Shown in pieces: positions 24,735 through 37,098 of a stretch of DNA of 64,000 nt. Positions within the stretch are counted from its first letter, which is position 1. Every line of letters starts with the position of its first letter. Location: assembly GCF_026571515.1 (NCBI RefSeq), contig NW_026862271.1, forward strand, positions 186,001 to 250,000, in the 5' to 3' direction. The translations under genes were made by a program, and so were the position numbers. The notes below the pieces were generated by a model. That model saw only the letters and a program-made list of their open reading frames with translations. It had not been told where the DNA came from and ran no database searches. The stretch is from Ruditapes philippinarum (taxonomy: Eukaryota).

Positions 24735-27700
24735 AAACAAGAAGTATCTTAAAAAAAAGATACTCGGCCGAATTAAAACTGGTTAACCATAGCCTGCATA
24801 ACAATGACGTAATAATTTATTGTAGGGTTATTATCTTGAAAAATGGAACACTTTAAGATGTATGTGTATCTAAACAAACCTGTCGAGTTTCGGTAAGTAA
24901 ACGCAATTTTTAACAGCAACATCTACGCAGTCGGTATTGCCATAATTTTTATAAATACTTAAAGGGAAAGACAAGGTTAAAATAAAAACTTGATTTCAGA
25001 AAAAGAATACTATAAATAATAAGTCTGCAAATTTTCTACCGCCAAATAATAATATTAAACGAATGATAACAAAATTTAAATCGCTAAATCACCGATTTCT
25101 ACAAATTGGTAAGCGCGGCCATGTTTGTGTATTGGCCGTATAAAAAACAGGTGCGCGTGATGTCATTTCCCCACATCTTTTAGATTCGTGATAAATCTAG
25201 TTTGAATCGTAAGGAAATATTAATTATAATTAAGTATTGATCAGACAATTTAATTTTCAACAGGAGGTGTAGAGGAGATTTTTTATGGTTCAAAATACGT
25301 AACAATATCAAAAAAAAAAAAAATAAAAAAAAATAAAGAAACGTAAGGCCTAGCCAAAAGATCTAGCCGATTTACGTGAGTCACGAACGACTTGCCAGGA
25401 CGCACTGTATTGTCTAGCCGTACGGCAATTTTCAAAAAATATATGGAAGTTCGAACGTTATAAAAATTGTTGATTTTTCATGCTTAGCATTAAAAAATTT
25501 TGTTGTTTAATTTGTATGAATTATTAAATCATTTTGTTAATGTTTTAAAAGCACATGGATCGATAAAATGATCAGGGAGTGGAATAAATAAATAAAAAGA
25601 ACATTGAATGAAAAAAAAAACACGGTGAAATGCAAAATAATTAATATAATTTTCAAAAACAGCAGATAAATATCGACATAAAAGCACAGTTCAATCAATT
25701 AATTAGCCTTAATTAAAAACATATCCAGGGACTGACAATAGAATTTTAGAATGCCTTTCACGGAAACATGCAAACTTTCCTTGATACAGTACCGTCGGTA
25801 ATTGTCGCAATTATCAAGAGACGCCTAACAACAATCATTTTCAGTGTTTGTTGTTGTTGTTTTTTTTCATATAAAAGGTGTCGAAAATTAAACTTAATGA
25901 AACAAAAAAGGATTATTATCAAAATGTTTGTAAACTATTTTCAATTGGTGTAAATGCAAGAGCAAAGGCTATTTTTTCTCGACATCTTGCGATGACAAAA
26001 GATCGATATATATAGGCGATCAAGGCGATTAATCTGCGCATCGTAATCGTAGCCTAATATTAACTGCAGGCAAATCATTTTTATTGGCTGCTCAAAAATC
26101 TAATTTGCATAATTTATTCACAACAATTGCTGGTTCTTACTACTTATGTCTAATACTGCGCATTGTCCATTTTAATTGTTCCTAATTTTGCACCAAATGC
26201 TTCTGTCAACACTTGTGTACTGACGATTTTTATTGCTCCTTGTATGGCCTCTGTGCCGACAGACCTTTTGATCATGCACAATGTTTGCCCTAATTGGTTA
26301 ATCACCCTTGTCAAATATTCTAATGACGAAATAGACATTTTTTTTACGCTTCATCAGTGAACTGAATGACCTTAGGGGGAATTCGGTTCACACCTGTCAA
26401 ATTGTACTGTAGTAAATTACAGCACGTCATAAAATAGCAACACACTTTTTTTTCAGTTCCCAATAATCATTTTTAAAAATATTAAGGGTAGATTTTTGAT
26501 TTTTTGTTTTATTGGATTAAATTTACGGTAGAAGAAATGCGTATATGTCGGGGAAAGGAATTTGGTAAGTAGATAACGTGGAAAAAAGCTTTGGGGAACT
26601 GGATAAACCCGAGAATATGCGTAATTATAGGGAATGGGCAACCTGTTGCTGTTGGTACCAGTTTTGACTGGGTGCCTAAATAACTTTACGGCAGTTTTGT
26701 TTTTCATACGATATAAGTCTGGCTGCCGATTTTCCTGCGCCTTTCTCATTTTTAGCGTCAATGGCGGAAAATCGCGTCCTCAGCATATTGGATTTAGTTG
26801 ATATTTTACCTGAAAAAAAGATATATGACCGTCGATGTACCCTATTTGGACAGCTTGTCTAGCGAAAATTAAGTTCAAAATAAAAGGATATATCGTCAAT
26901 TTGAAGAAGTCTCGCCTAGTACCCAAAGTAAATTTATGGTTTATCTTTGAAAATTAAGCAGTCATTGCTTAAATCATGTGGTGGGATCATCAGCAAGCTT
27001 GAGTATCGGGCAAATGATAATTAATGTCGCGGCGTCTTCAATTAATTAATTAAAGCTTTTCAGTTCCATATCATGTTTTCATAAATAATATATAATGTAC
27101 GCAATTAAATTAATAAGTTCTTCATCAAGATATATTTCAGTTGTACCAGAGTGTACAACTATACCGGAAGTGGGTATAACACGTCACAATCTCGGTCTCG
27201 TCTGTCTCGCGAGAATGACAGTACGCCAAAATGGCGGCGCCCATGAACTTATTTCTCAAGTAAAAAATAGTGTCTTTAAACACGAATTTCTCTCTTATAG
27301 GGTTGATGTCAATAGGGAAACTGTCATGGTTCCTCTTTTTAAATGATGAATATTTATATTAGATAGACATCAATCCATCCATTCTTATTCCTTTAATTAA
27401 TATGCAAAATATATGTAATTTAGAAACATTATATCAATTGAACACATCAGTTATCATATAATATATTAGACACTTATTGAACACCATAAACTTAGGGAAC
27501 CATATAAGTTCTGATATTATTCTCGTTATTTTGGAAAACATTTAAAATTCAGATCTTGTGTAATATAAACTCAGTAAGTTTTCACGTAAAATAAACTGTT
27601 CACTAGAAAATGCAATGATATCTGAATGCAAGAGGTATTGTTAAACAGAACTTAAATATCTAAGCAATTTTACTAGAAATTTAAATAACTATCCTGTACA

Positions 27701-27932
27701 TTTTATTTTTGAACTACCCTTTACATTTGATTTCATAATGGCAGGAACCATCATTGAACTATCTTAGCATGACAAGAACTATCCTTTACATTTTATTTTA
27801 TAACAGCCAAAGAGAATCCCAGATTTCATTTTGTAATTTTAAAATGACCAATGAAAACTTTTCTTATATTCAGTTCTTCCCTGTAAATTTTACAGGAAGT
27901 CAAACTGAAAACGGATCGGCCTTCGGCCAGAA
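24735..27932 (+). mobile_element. About 3.2-kb HINE/pearl-type insertion with internal cargo
   Basis: Absent from paralogous sites near 33500 and 55610. Starts AACAAG plus hairpin AGTATCTT..AAGATACT (24743-24764) and ends with hairpin GGCC-ttc-GGCC (27918-27928) plus an A run. Confidence 0.55.
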
Positions 27933-28132
27933 AAATCCCCTGTCAAGTTTGTATACAAAATGTGACTCTCATGGACCGCGTTTTTCTACTGCACTACAGC
28001 AAGAATATAATCTAAATAGTTTGAAGATGACCATTAGCAATGGCACATGCTGAGTTTGACAAAAGGTATGTCTGTGATACCAAAACATGACAATGTTTTA
28101 GCTTATTAAGAAAACCTTTTTGTACAATGGTA

Positions 28133-28220
28133 CAAACATGTTTATCAAAGTAGTATATACGATCAAGCTTCAGGCCAGAATGAAGCACTTTCAGCGTATG
28201 ATGTACCCGATAATACCATA
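28133..28220 (+). pseudogene. Sushi-His gene copy 2: only the last ~25 codons (followed by duplicated 3' flank)
   Basis: Encodes KHVYQSSIYDQASGQNEALSAYDVP followed by a 13-nt deletion. 28135-29600 closely matches 17490-18960. Confidence 0.85.
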
Positions 28221-29603
28221 TATAATTGTAAATATGACTATATCAATAAGAGTACTTCACCTTTTTGGTAACATTTTCTGTGAAGCATTTTTCCAAACAG
28301 GGTCAACATTTATCAGGTCATATTTTTTATATAGATTAACAATTTGTTTGATCCACAGGTCATTAGTATGTTTCAGTGAGGTAAATTACACAAAATTACT
28401 GGAAACTTTTGTAAATATTTAATCACTTCAACAGTAATAACTTGCAAAAACAATCATAACCCCATCATGACAATATTACAGAGAATGTAAGTTGATAATA
28501 AACAAACCTAAAGCGAACATATGAAGTGAAAGTAAAAAGACAATCGGCGGTTTTATTATTTTGGTCTGTAATTTTTAGGACCGTTGACTTTCTTTATAAA
28601 GAATTTTTCCCTTTCTTTTGGTAAAACTTTCACTTTCAAGGTGACAAAGATAATGATTCATTTATTAGGTTACAGTAATTATAGATAGATATTTATAGAA
28701 CATAAATTTTGTTTTTATTTAATCAAAATTAAAGTTATTTATTGCTTAAATTCTTTCAGAAGAGGTCCAATATATAATTCCCCAGATGTCTCTATCACTG
28801 ATCATACCTAAGTAATAATTTTTTTAATTGTGCATAGCAATCTGACAAATTTCATATATCATTCATGTTTTAAGAATATGGTACTATACTAAAAAATTCT
28901 AAAACTTACGTAGCATTTGTATTGTTTCAAAACTATTTTTATTCAATGAATCTGTTTACGCTTAACACTAACATGCATGTAATAACATGTGTCAATATGT
29001 TTTACATTTTTAATTACTGTCCTGTTTTCCATATCAATGTTGTTTTATGAAACTCGTCCTTCTTGATTGCAGTACAATTTGATTTTTCTTGAAATGTTTA
29101 TGCTCATCTTGAAGCGTGCAGCTTTAAATTATGAACCGTTACATAGTGTCATATCTTGATTTCAAGTGGATTAGTTTGTGACTAACTTGACATAACTTCC
29201 TTTTCTTCATCGTTGTACATCCAAATTTCACACTTACTGTAACAATTAGTATTTGCACACTTGTTGTTGCTTTTACATCAAGTAAGAGGTTAAAAACATC
29301 TTTTGGTGCGAGGTCAAATCTAAACTTATAACCACACTTTTGATCTATTCTGTTAAATCAAACACTGTCTCCCGACTAAATATTTCGCTGGAATTGGCGA
29401 CGACAAGGACCTACACACTATTCAGTTGTACATCTGAGTGTGAAAGTACAGCTTATGAAAGTCTAAAACATTACATAAATAAAAAGAAGATTAAGTACTA
29501 CTTAAAGTCTGTGTGGGACTGCTTCTTTAAAAATGTATGTTTGTAGTTTTGTTTTAACTTTCAAATTTAAATGTATATTAATATGAATCAGATTGGCCGC
29601 GTT

Positions 29604-32128
29604 TTACAGGATATTGCATGGCCATTTTGCATGTTCTGCCTCTTCTTTCTTCTTTTGCAAAGCATCTTCTGTGAAGTGAAGCATTTGCCTTAAAGCAGAT
29701 AAGGCGAGAATACTTATTTTGTCGTCAAGCTCGGTCTCATTTTCGTAGTTCTTCATCGGGAATACATTGTTACGTGGAAGACGTAGCAGGTCTGCTACCT
29801 TTTGAACAGCTGTTTCAACAACCGGGCTTGTAACGGCTGACGAAATATCCCTTTTCACATCTTTACACAGAGTATCAATCTTTGTAAGAACAACTGTCTG
29901 TACTATACCTGTTATAAATATTAATATGAATAATTAAGTTATTTAGTTAATTAATTTATCTCCTTTTAGATTTTTACCTAAAGGTTCAGTGTAAAGTTAA
30001 GAATTTCTATCAAATCATTCTTCTTTAATGTTTCTATGAAAATGATCAAATAATTCATTAATAAATCTACAAAAGAAAATATGTGTATGATTTGCAAATA
30101 TTTTTTTCCTACTTCAAGTACAACATATAAAAAGCTACAAAACAGAAATAAGCAACGTGTTATGAGTATGTGAATTTCATCATTAACGTTAAGTTATGTC
30201 CATCGATAACAAAACAGCCCACCTCTCTCTTTTGCAAGTTCCTGAAATGTTCTGATTTTGTGTAAATCTTCTTTTGATAGAACGTCCACAGATGTTGCAT
30301 CAATGACAAACGCTATGCAATGTACTCTATCATTGGCAGACGGCTTTATTTTAAAGTTCCACCAAGATACTGGAAGCTTCGATGAAAACTAGATAAAAGT
30401 ACATAATAGGCATAATTAAAAGTTATCGAAATGCCAATAAAAAATAAACAGCAGTTCGCTTGATGAAGGTAATAAGAAATATTTTTCTACTACACACTTA
30501 AATGTAATCTCGTTTATTTACGTGAATAGTATATACGATTATTTTATAATATTATAACTTCTTTATTGACATTCACAAAAATCAATACCTCGTAGTGGTC
30601 TTTGATTTGTCCATCCAATAAATATTTGTAGTCCATCTGATGCAGACAATATTTCTTTTCCATTCCACGTGTGTCACATAAACAGAAGCTCATGTCTGTT
30701 CCACTTTGATCTTTAAAAGTGTAGGTGGTGTACTTAAATGATGAAGATTCTTTTTAATATCTTATTTGAAACTTTAGTGATTTGATTCACGCTTTTGCGT
30801 TTTCTTGATATATATTAAGGAGTTTAATTTTGTAGTTAGATTTATTTTGGCAGATAAAATTGCTTTTATAATAACAATAGAGAAGCCTGCATAGACAAGA
30901 ATTATGACATTTGAAATTCAAAATTCTTATGCTATACACTATATGCATAACAGGTAATCGTCCAATGAAAAATGAAAACATGCGGAAAACAAAATAAAAT
31001 TTTACGTGTTCTTTGAAATTGATTTTACAGTTTCAACAGGTTATTATTAAGAAAACAATTATTTACATTTTTTGTAAGGCTATTTTCTGCGCTACCACAT
31101 GTTGCGCGCTGAGTTATACGATTCCTGAATACGGAGTCAATGGTATTATAGAAGCTGGACTTTCCTGCGCCAACAAGTCCAATCATCAATATTCGTGTCC
31201 GTGTGACTGACGGATCTGATGGTGTAAAGCTCATTATATCGCCTTTTATACCCAGTAGATTCTATATCAAAATCAAGAGAACTAAAAATTGAAAGTTAAA
31301 GTAAAACAATTACAAAAATCAAAATTTGGATTTGGCAATTTTGCTTATACCGTTGTTAGAGTTCTCGTCTCTCATGTTGTAAATGATACAATAGAACACA
31401 CATTGAATTCCATGGTTCTGTGTTAACTTTTTTGACAATATTTCTTGCCATTTGATGAAAATTTACAAAAGGGTTTAATTAGCAAATAAGGAACAAAAAG
31501 GTGTTATCTGTCAAAATGATTGAATAATAAGCGCGAAAGTCAATGTATAAATCTTATTTTTTCTAGATCTATTAATGAATATTTTGACATTTTTTCTCTT
31601 TCTGTTTATATTAATCACTAAGATATGATTGCATTTTTACACAACTACGTTTTAAAATGGTAAGAAAAGCATAATCTTGATTATCATGTTCTGTTTCAAA
31701 ATGTACTGTTTTATATACATTATCTAACTATCATAATATATTCGTTTCTTTTATATTTTGTGGTTTCGTAAGCCAGGAATATGTACCTCTCTACTCCAAT
31801 TGGTTGGTCTCCATTGTGTAGGCACTTCACTTATGTGTCTCTGATCACCTAAATGAAATAGATAATTACTTTGTTTAAACATTTTCCTAACGAACGCGAA
31901 TGCTTAATAATGTTTCATGTGATACATGAAAAGGTTTTTAGTTAAAAAGATATTTACACTTTTAACGTGTCAACTATTGAATGCATAAACACAGCTTTAA
32001 ATATCTTATTTTATCATACCAGCATAAATAAAATGTCCATTCATTTGACCATTCGACGGTATAATGACTCCATTGGGCATTGCTTGAACAGGAACTTTGT
32101 GTCCATTATTATTGTAAACAGTCATCAT
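29604..32128 (-). CDS. IFI44L: IFI44/IFI44L-like P-loop GTPase copy B, intact, 326 aa, no TLDc domain, C-terminal CaaX (CNIL)
   Basis: Exons 32128-32020, 31848-31787, 31261-31067, 30732-30589, 30388-30223 and 29908-29604 sum to 981 nt with an open frame. G1 GLVGAGKSS, G3 DTRG, G4 TKID; IFI44-type motifs RILMIG, LLDG, VHCIAFVIDA, PMKNYENE. Confidence 0.9.
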
Positions 32129-32399
32129 CTTTCTATATTTGTTATTGGATTTCTCCTGGAAAAATAAACATAAATGATGCGATTCATGCTTAGTAATAAG
32201 TTAGGTGTTTTGAGATCTTATTATGTAGATAATTGTTTCATTTCTGCAATGTTTGTTTACATTTTTATTCAATTTTCTGTTTCATACAAAGATAAACTGA
32301 AAGAAGGCGTTAAGAAGATTGTAACATTATTTCCCTAGGATTCCATTTCCATTTAAGAAGCACATGCGTATTTAGATAAGAGTCTATATCAATCATTTT

Positions 32400-33035
32400 T
32401 ATTTGTTTTGGGTCGTCAGACCAAACAAATAATGGTAGCGAAATTTCAGACTCTAATGCTGTTAATCGCAAATGCCGAAAGTAGTCCGCTTTTTTGAAGC
32501 GGTTACTTCCCTTTATATGTACACTAACGCCGAAAAATTCAGGGGAGATCACTGCGTAAAGATGGTCAAATGACAGACGCATTAATTTCAAGCAAAATAA
32601 TTCCCGAATGGTCGAAGATTTCTAATATTGTTTTATTCTTTATAGATATACATGCTTATAGTAAGCTCCATGATTATTACATCTGTGTTAAACAACATTT
32701 AGCGTCGTTACAAACCCTATTTTAGTATAATATGGTTTTCTTCAGGCCGTTAACATATAAATTCACCATGGCCGAGGGTTTTGCGCGCTTGCTTAGGAAG
32801 CGAGAGGTCTGGAGTTCAAATCCCAATTAAGGCAGCTCATTTTTTTAAAATTGTTTAAGTCAAATAAACATTGGATTGAATATCAGTGTTGCAATTAGTC
32901 TTATAGCCAATTTACTCTACAATTAAAACGCTGGAAAGCATTGGTGGCACTATACAAAAGCAAATTGGTTTATAATCTCACAACCTGCACCTTTCTTACA
33001 TTCTGAAACCCAAACAAATTCAGCGCCTTCTGTGC
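32400..33035. mobile_element. Insertion specific to copy B intron 1, containing a degenerate tRNA-like head (about 32770-32835)
   Basis: Flanks are contiguous in copies A (about 21170-21200) and C (about 54410-54440); GGAGTTCAAATCCC B-box-like motif. Confidence 0.45.
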
Positions 33036-34202
33036 TTTTATTTCATTTAGTTTTACGTATTTAGTTTTAGTTGGAATCCCAAAGTTATGGCCAAAATAAG
33101 TTATTGAGGTTATTATATCTATTTCAAGTTGTTATAAATTTAAACAGTTAGTCATGTTTATAACCTCTTAATGTGCACGTAAATAATTTCACTTTGTTTT
33201 TTTTTTATCAAAAACCTGCCATGAAATATTATACTTAATTATGTTTTAAATATGTGTTCGATCGAACAGTATCGTCTGCTTGTATAAACTACAAAAAACG
33301 TACTATGGGATTCTAAGATTTCTTAACTTAATCCATTACGTAATTGGTGATTGATCGTCTGCTTTTACATGCATTTTCTGAAAATCGTTCTAGTTTTGCT
33401 TATATTGCTACCCTATGTATTGGAAATGCTATATAGGAAATAAATAAGCTTTGAGCATTTTTTGCAGATAGAAGAAGAATATTAATATATATATATATTT
33501 TTAAATCCCAAACAAGTTTGTATTCAAATAGTGACTGTCGTGGACCGGCCTTTTTCTACAGCACTACAGCAAGAGTATAATCCAAATAGTTTGAAGATGA
33601 CCATTAACAATGACATATGCTGATTTTGACAAAAGTTATGTCTGTGATACCAAAACATGGCAATGCAAGGCGACATTACAGAACGCAGCCCCCGACACTT
33701 TCCAGTCCGACATGTAAACAGTAACAAACCTTGACTCAAAATACATGATTTAAGTAAATTTACAGTCGACAACTTGGTAATGTTGCGAGTTTCAGACAAA
33801 GGAGGATTTATCACGATCTGTTTTTATCCAGTGCCTACTTCAGTGAGGACAGCAGACCTTGAAACTTTATATAACTTTGATATAGCAGATACAACGGGGC
33901 TTACCATTCTTTGAAAATTTGGTCAATATCAAACAAGTTGTTTTGGGTTAAAAAATTGTTGATACGTAGTCGTTAACGACAGATGACACACATCGATTGA
34001 ATACAGATATCAGTATATCATAAAAGACCACATTTCAGTACTACATGCGCAAACAAAGATTAAAAATATATTATCACTTGACTCAGTTGATCGTCCAATA
34101 AAATAACGATTTATTTTAACATGATAAAATTGATATTGAAGTTTAAGAATAGTTTATTTTAATTGAGTTTTAGCTTTCTTCTGAGTGATAACGAAACATT
34201 CT

Positions 34203-34389
34203 ACTCACTGTTGGTTCTTTTTATTCCAATCTTACTGTATCAAAAGCAAATATCGCATTATCTATGAAGTAAGTGTTAACGTGTTAAAAGATATTTCACA
34301 ATGTCTTAAATTCCCGTTCAAATTTCCATTGGTAATGAGCCAAGGTATAAATAGTTTCCCAAAGAAATTCCTAAAACGAAACCGAAAGT
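34203..34389 (-). promoter_or_regulatory. Putative promoter and non-coding exon 1 of IFI44-like copy B, with ISRE
   Basis: ISRE GAAACCGAAAGT at 34378-34389; TATA-like TATTTATA on the - strand at 34353-34346; GTGAGT splice donor on the - strand at 34208-34203. All three are conserved in the copy C paralogue. Confidence 0.7.
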
Positions 34390-34809
34390 ATACTTTCTTA
34401 ACATCATGTCTTTTATTTTTTTAAACATATTTATGTCACTCGCAACTTCTCGTTGCTTTACGTCGAACTTAAGATAAGGCTCGAACACAATGGCCTTAGC
34501 TTCGCTACAAACTCTTATTTGGCTAAATACTCGTAATACCGTTGGTAAGGTAGTAAAGAATCGCATCTTCTTGATCATTTCCGTCAGATTATTATGAATA
34601 ATAGCCGAGGTGTTCCGATAGAGGTATTGGCGCTGTGGTTCAAGAGAACAACCCTCGTATATCGTTATCGGCTTAAAGATGTAAAAAGAAAAAAGTACAT
34701 TTTTCTTGTCTTTTTGGAAATTACATATTTCGGTTTGGTTATGGTTATATGTCATTTGATATTCTAAAATTCACTATGACTTTCTATTAAAGTATAACGG
34801 AAATATAAA

Positions 34810-34985
34810 CAAATAGTTTGGATTATTTCATGTGAAAAAGCTATCCATTTTGGCTTAAGGATCGCCGGTAGCCCATTCATGCCTGAAATAATGCACGGAC
34901 AGGCATCTGAGGTCTCTCTCCACCATTAAAGCTGAAAAGTCGCAATATGATCTTAACACCGTTGGTGCGTATAAGTAAATAAAAC
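34810..34985 (+). mobile_element. 5'-truncated SINE (resembles the bivalve RUDI/V-type SINE body, from recollection)
   Basis: TTCATGTGA...GAAATAATGCACGG...CTCCACCATTAAAGCTGAAAAGTCGC...ATATGA block; duplicated remnant at 57800-57950. Confidence 0.55.
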
Positions 34986-36074
34986 ATTCCTTTCTCATTC
35001 TACTTTACAGATAATTTGTTTACACCAAATATATCTTGGTAGAAATACTGATTGAGGCAAGGTCATTCATACCATATTATTTTACAACAGAAGTTTAAAA
35101 AAATATATTAGTTTACTTTTCACGAAAACCTTGTTACAATCATGAATGCTTAAGACTGAATGCAATGTTTATTCAATCCGCATCAAATCAATTAATATGG
35201 AGATAACGTACCTAATACTTTACAATAAAAGGCCCCATGCTAACATTAATGTCATTATACATACATAATTACGGATATCAGCTAATTTATTTTTGAAAAA
35301 TAAAATGCTTATGCAATGTTCTCAATATACGCAATATAAATAAAGACACAATAAAAATATCATTTTCAGTGTGTAATTCATAATGCACGCACACGCTTTT
35401 AAAGCTCGAGTAATTAGTTGTGGTTTTAATCTATACTAGATCTATATAAAAACATTTAAAAGAAATGTATAGAAAATGGGGTAGTTATGAAAAAAAAACT
35501 TTTTTTTATCTTTTTAACATCACAATATGACCAATTTTTGCACATACTATATTTTGACAATTGATACTAACACTAGATCGCTCACCAGACCAAAGGACAT
35601 GAATTATGTATATGCTGTATAGGTCTTCCAGAGAGTGTTATCTTCAAAATTTCACCGGTGCTATGGAGCAAGGACTGTAGTTTGCACATGTCAGTACCAC
35701 CCACGAACGAGCTCAATTGAACCGAGCCTGCAACTTTTTCAATTTTGCCATTTTGGACTTTCTTTAGGGATATTTATTTTCTCTATTTTACTAAGGTCCA
35801 TAAGATTAGTATTAAGACTACAAACCAGACATGTACGTGTGGTGCATTTTAGTTTCTCGGGAGAAAATATTTTTATCATACTGTCCAAGTGAATGTAAAA
35901 AGTTACACCATGGTAGGGTAAACGTTGAATTCTAGATCATAATTTAAATTTAAACCAACTTAATAATATTCTTCTAGTCAAAACAACACACAAAATATCT
36001 AGGTTTTAATATTGGGGTTTCGGACAAGAAGTTTCAAAAAGGCTTTCCAATATGAGTCAATCAAAAACCATGTG

Positions 36075-37098
36075 ATTTTCCCGGGGGGGGGGGGGGGCAA
36101 TTTTGAAACTTGGCTCATGACCACCTATGCAGATTTTGGAGAGGTCTATAAGAACGCAATAACTATCTTAGCTCTCGTGTTTGTCTTTAGTAACTCTTCC
36201 AAACTCATACGCAATCTGCTTGTCCGATTATTTATAATGCACAAGACATAACTGAATTCACGAACTATTTGATAAGGAAAAAATCAGTGCCTCAATCTGC
36301 TTTTTGCCAGTTATTATGGTAAATTCTTCGAGAAAACACTTATGGGTCTTTGTTTTAAGTTCACTAGAGAATTGTTATTGTTTTATTGCAGTACCGTTTT
36401 GACAGAAGATAAACACAACATACTTTAATTCAAATCTGTTTACTTTTTTTCTTTCATTTCATAAAAATATCTAGCAAGTAACATAACTGACCATTAATCT
36501 TGGTCAATATAAAATATGTCAAATTAAACAAGTGGTATAATTACACAAATCTTAACAAATGTGTCAATGTAAATTTCGTAAACCAGATTTTCCCGGAGGG
36601 GGGGGGGGGCAATTTTGAAACTTGGCTAATGACCACCTATGCAGATTTTGGAGAGGTCTATAAGAACGCAATAACTATCTTAGCTCTCGTGTTTGTCTTT
36701 AGTAACTCTTCCAAACTCATACGCAATCTGCTTGTCCGATTATTTATAATGCACAAGATATTACTAATTTACGAACTATTTGATAAGGAAAATATTAGTG
36801 CTCAATCTGCTTTTTGCTAGTTATTATGGTAAATTCTTCGAGAAAACACTTAAGGGTCTTCGTTTTAAGTTCACTAGAGAATTGTTATTGTTTTATTGCA
36901 GTACCGTTTTGACAGAAGATAAACACAACATACTTTAATGCAAATCTGTTTCCTTTATTTCTTTCATTTCATAAAAAATATCTAAAAGTAACATAACTGA
37001 CCATTTATCTTGGTCAATATAAAATATATTACATTTAACAACAGGTATAATTACACAAATCTTTACAAATGTGTCAATGTAAATTTCGTAAACCAGAT
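36075..37098. repeat. Local tandem duplication, about 510-bp unit x2, of the ABCG5-like 3' end/UTR
   Basis: 36075-36588 and 36586-37098 are near-identical; only a single unit occurs at 59160-59590. Confidence 0.9.

Noticed and set aside
26150-26338. 62-aa ORF with protein-like composition
   Set aside because: No recognisable motif or convincing splice partners; inside an inserted element; not called as a gene.
36012-36820. Duplicated ORFs FPGGGGNFETWLMTTYADFGEVYKN
   Set aside because: Lie antisense in the duplicated ABCG5-like 3' flank; the frame is not kept in the paralogue near 59160.
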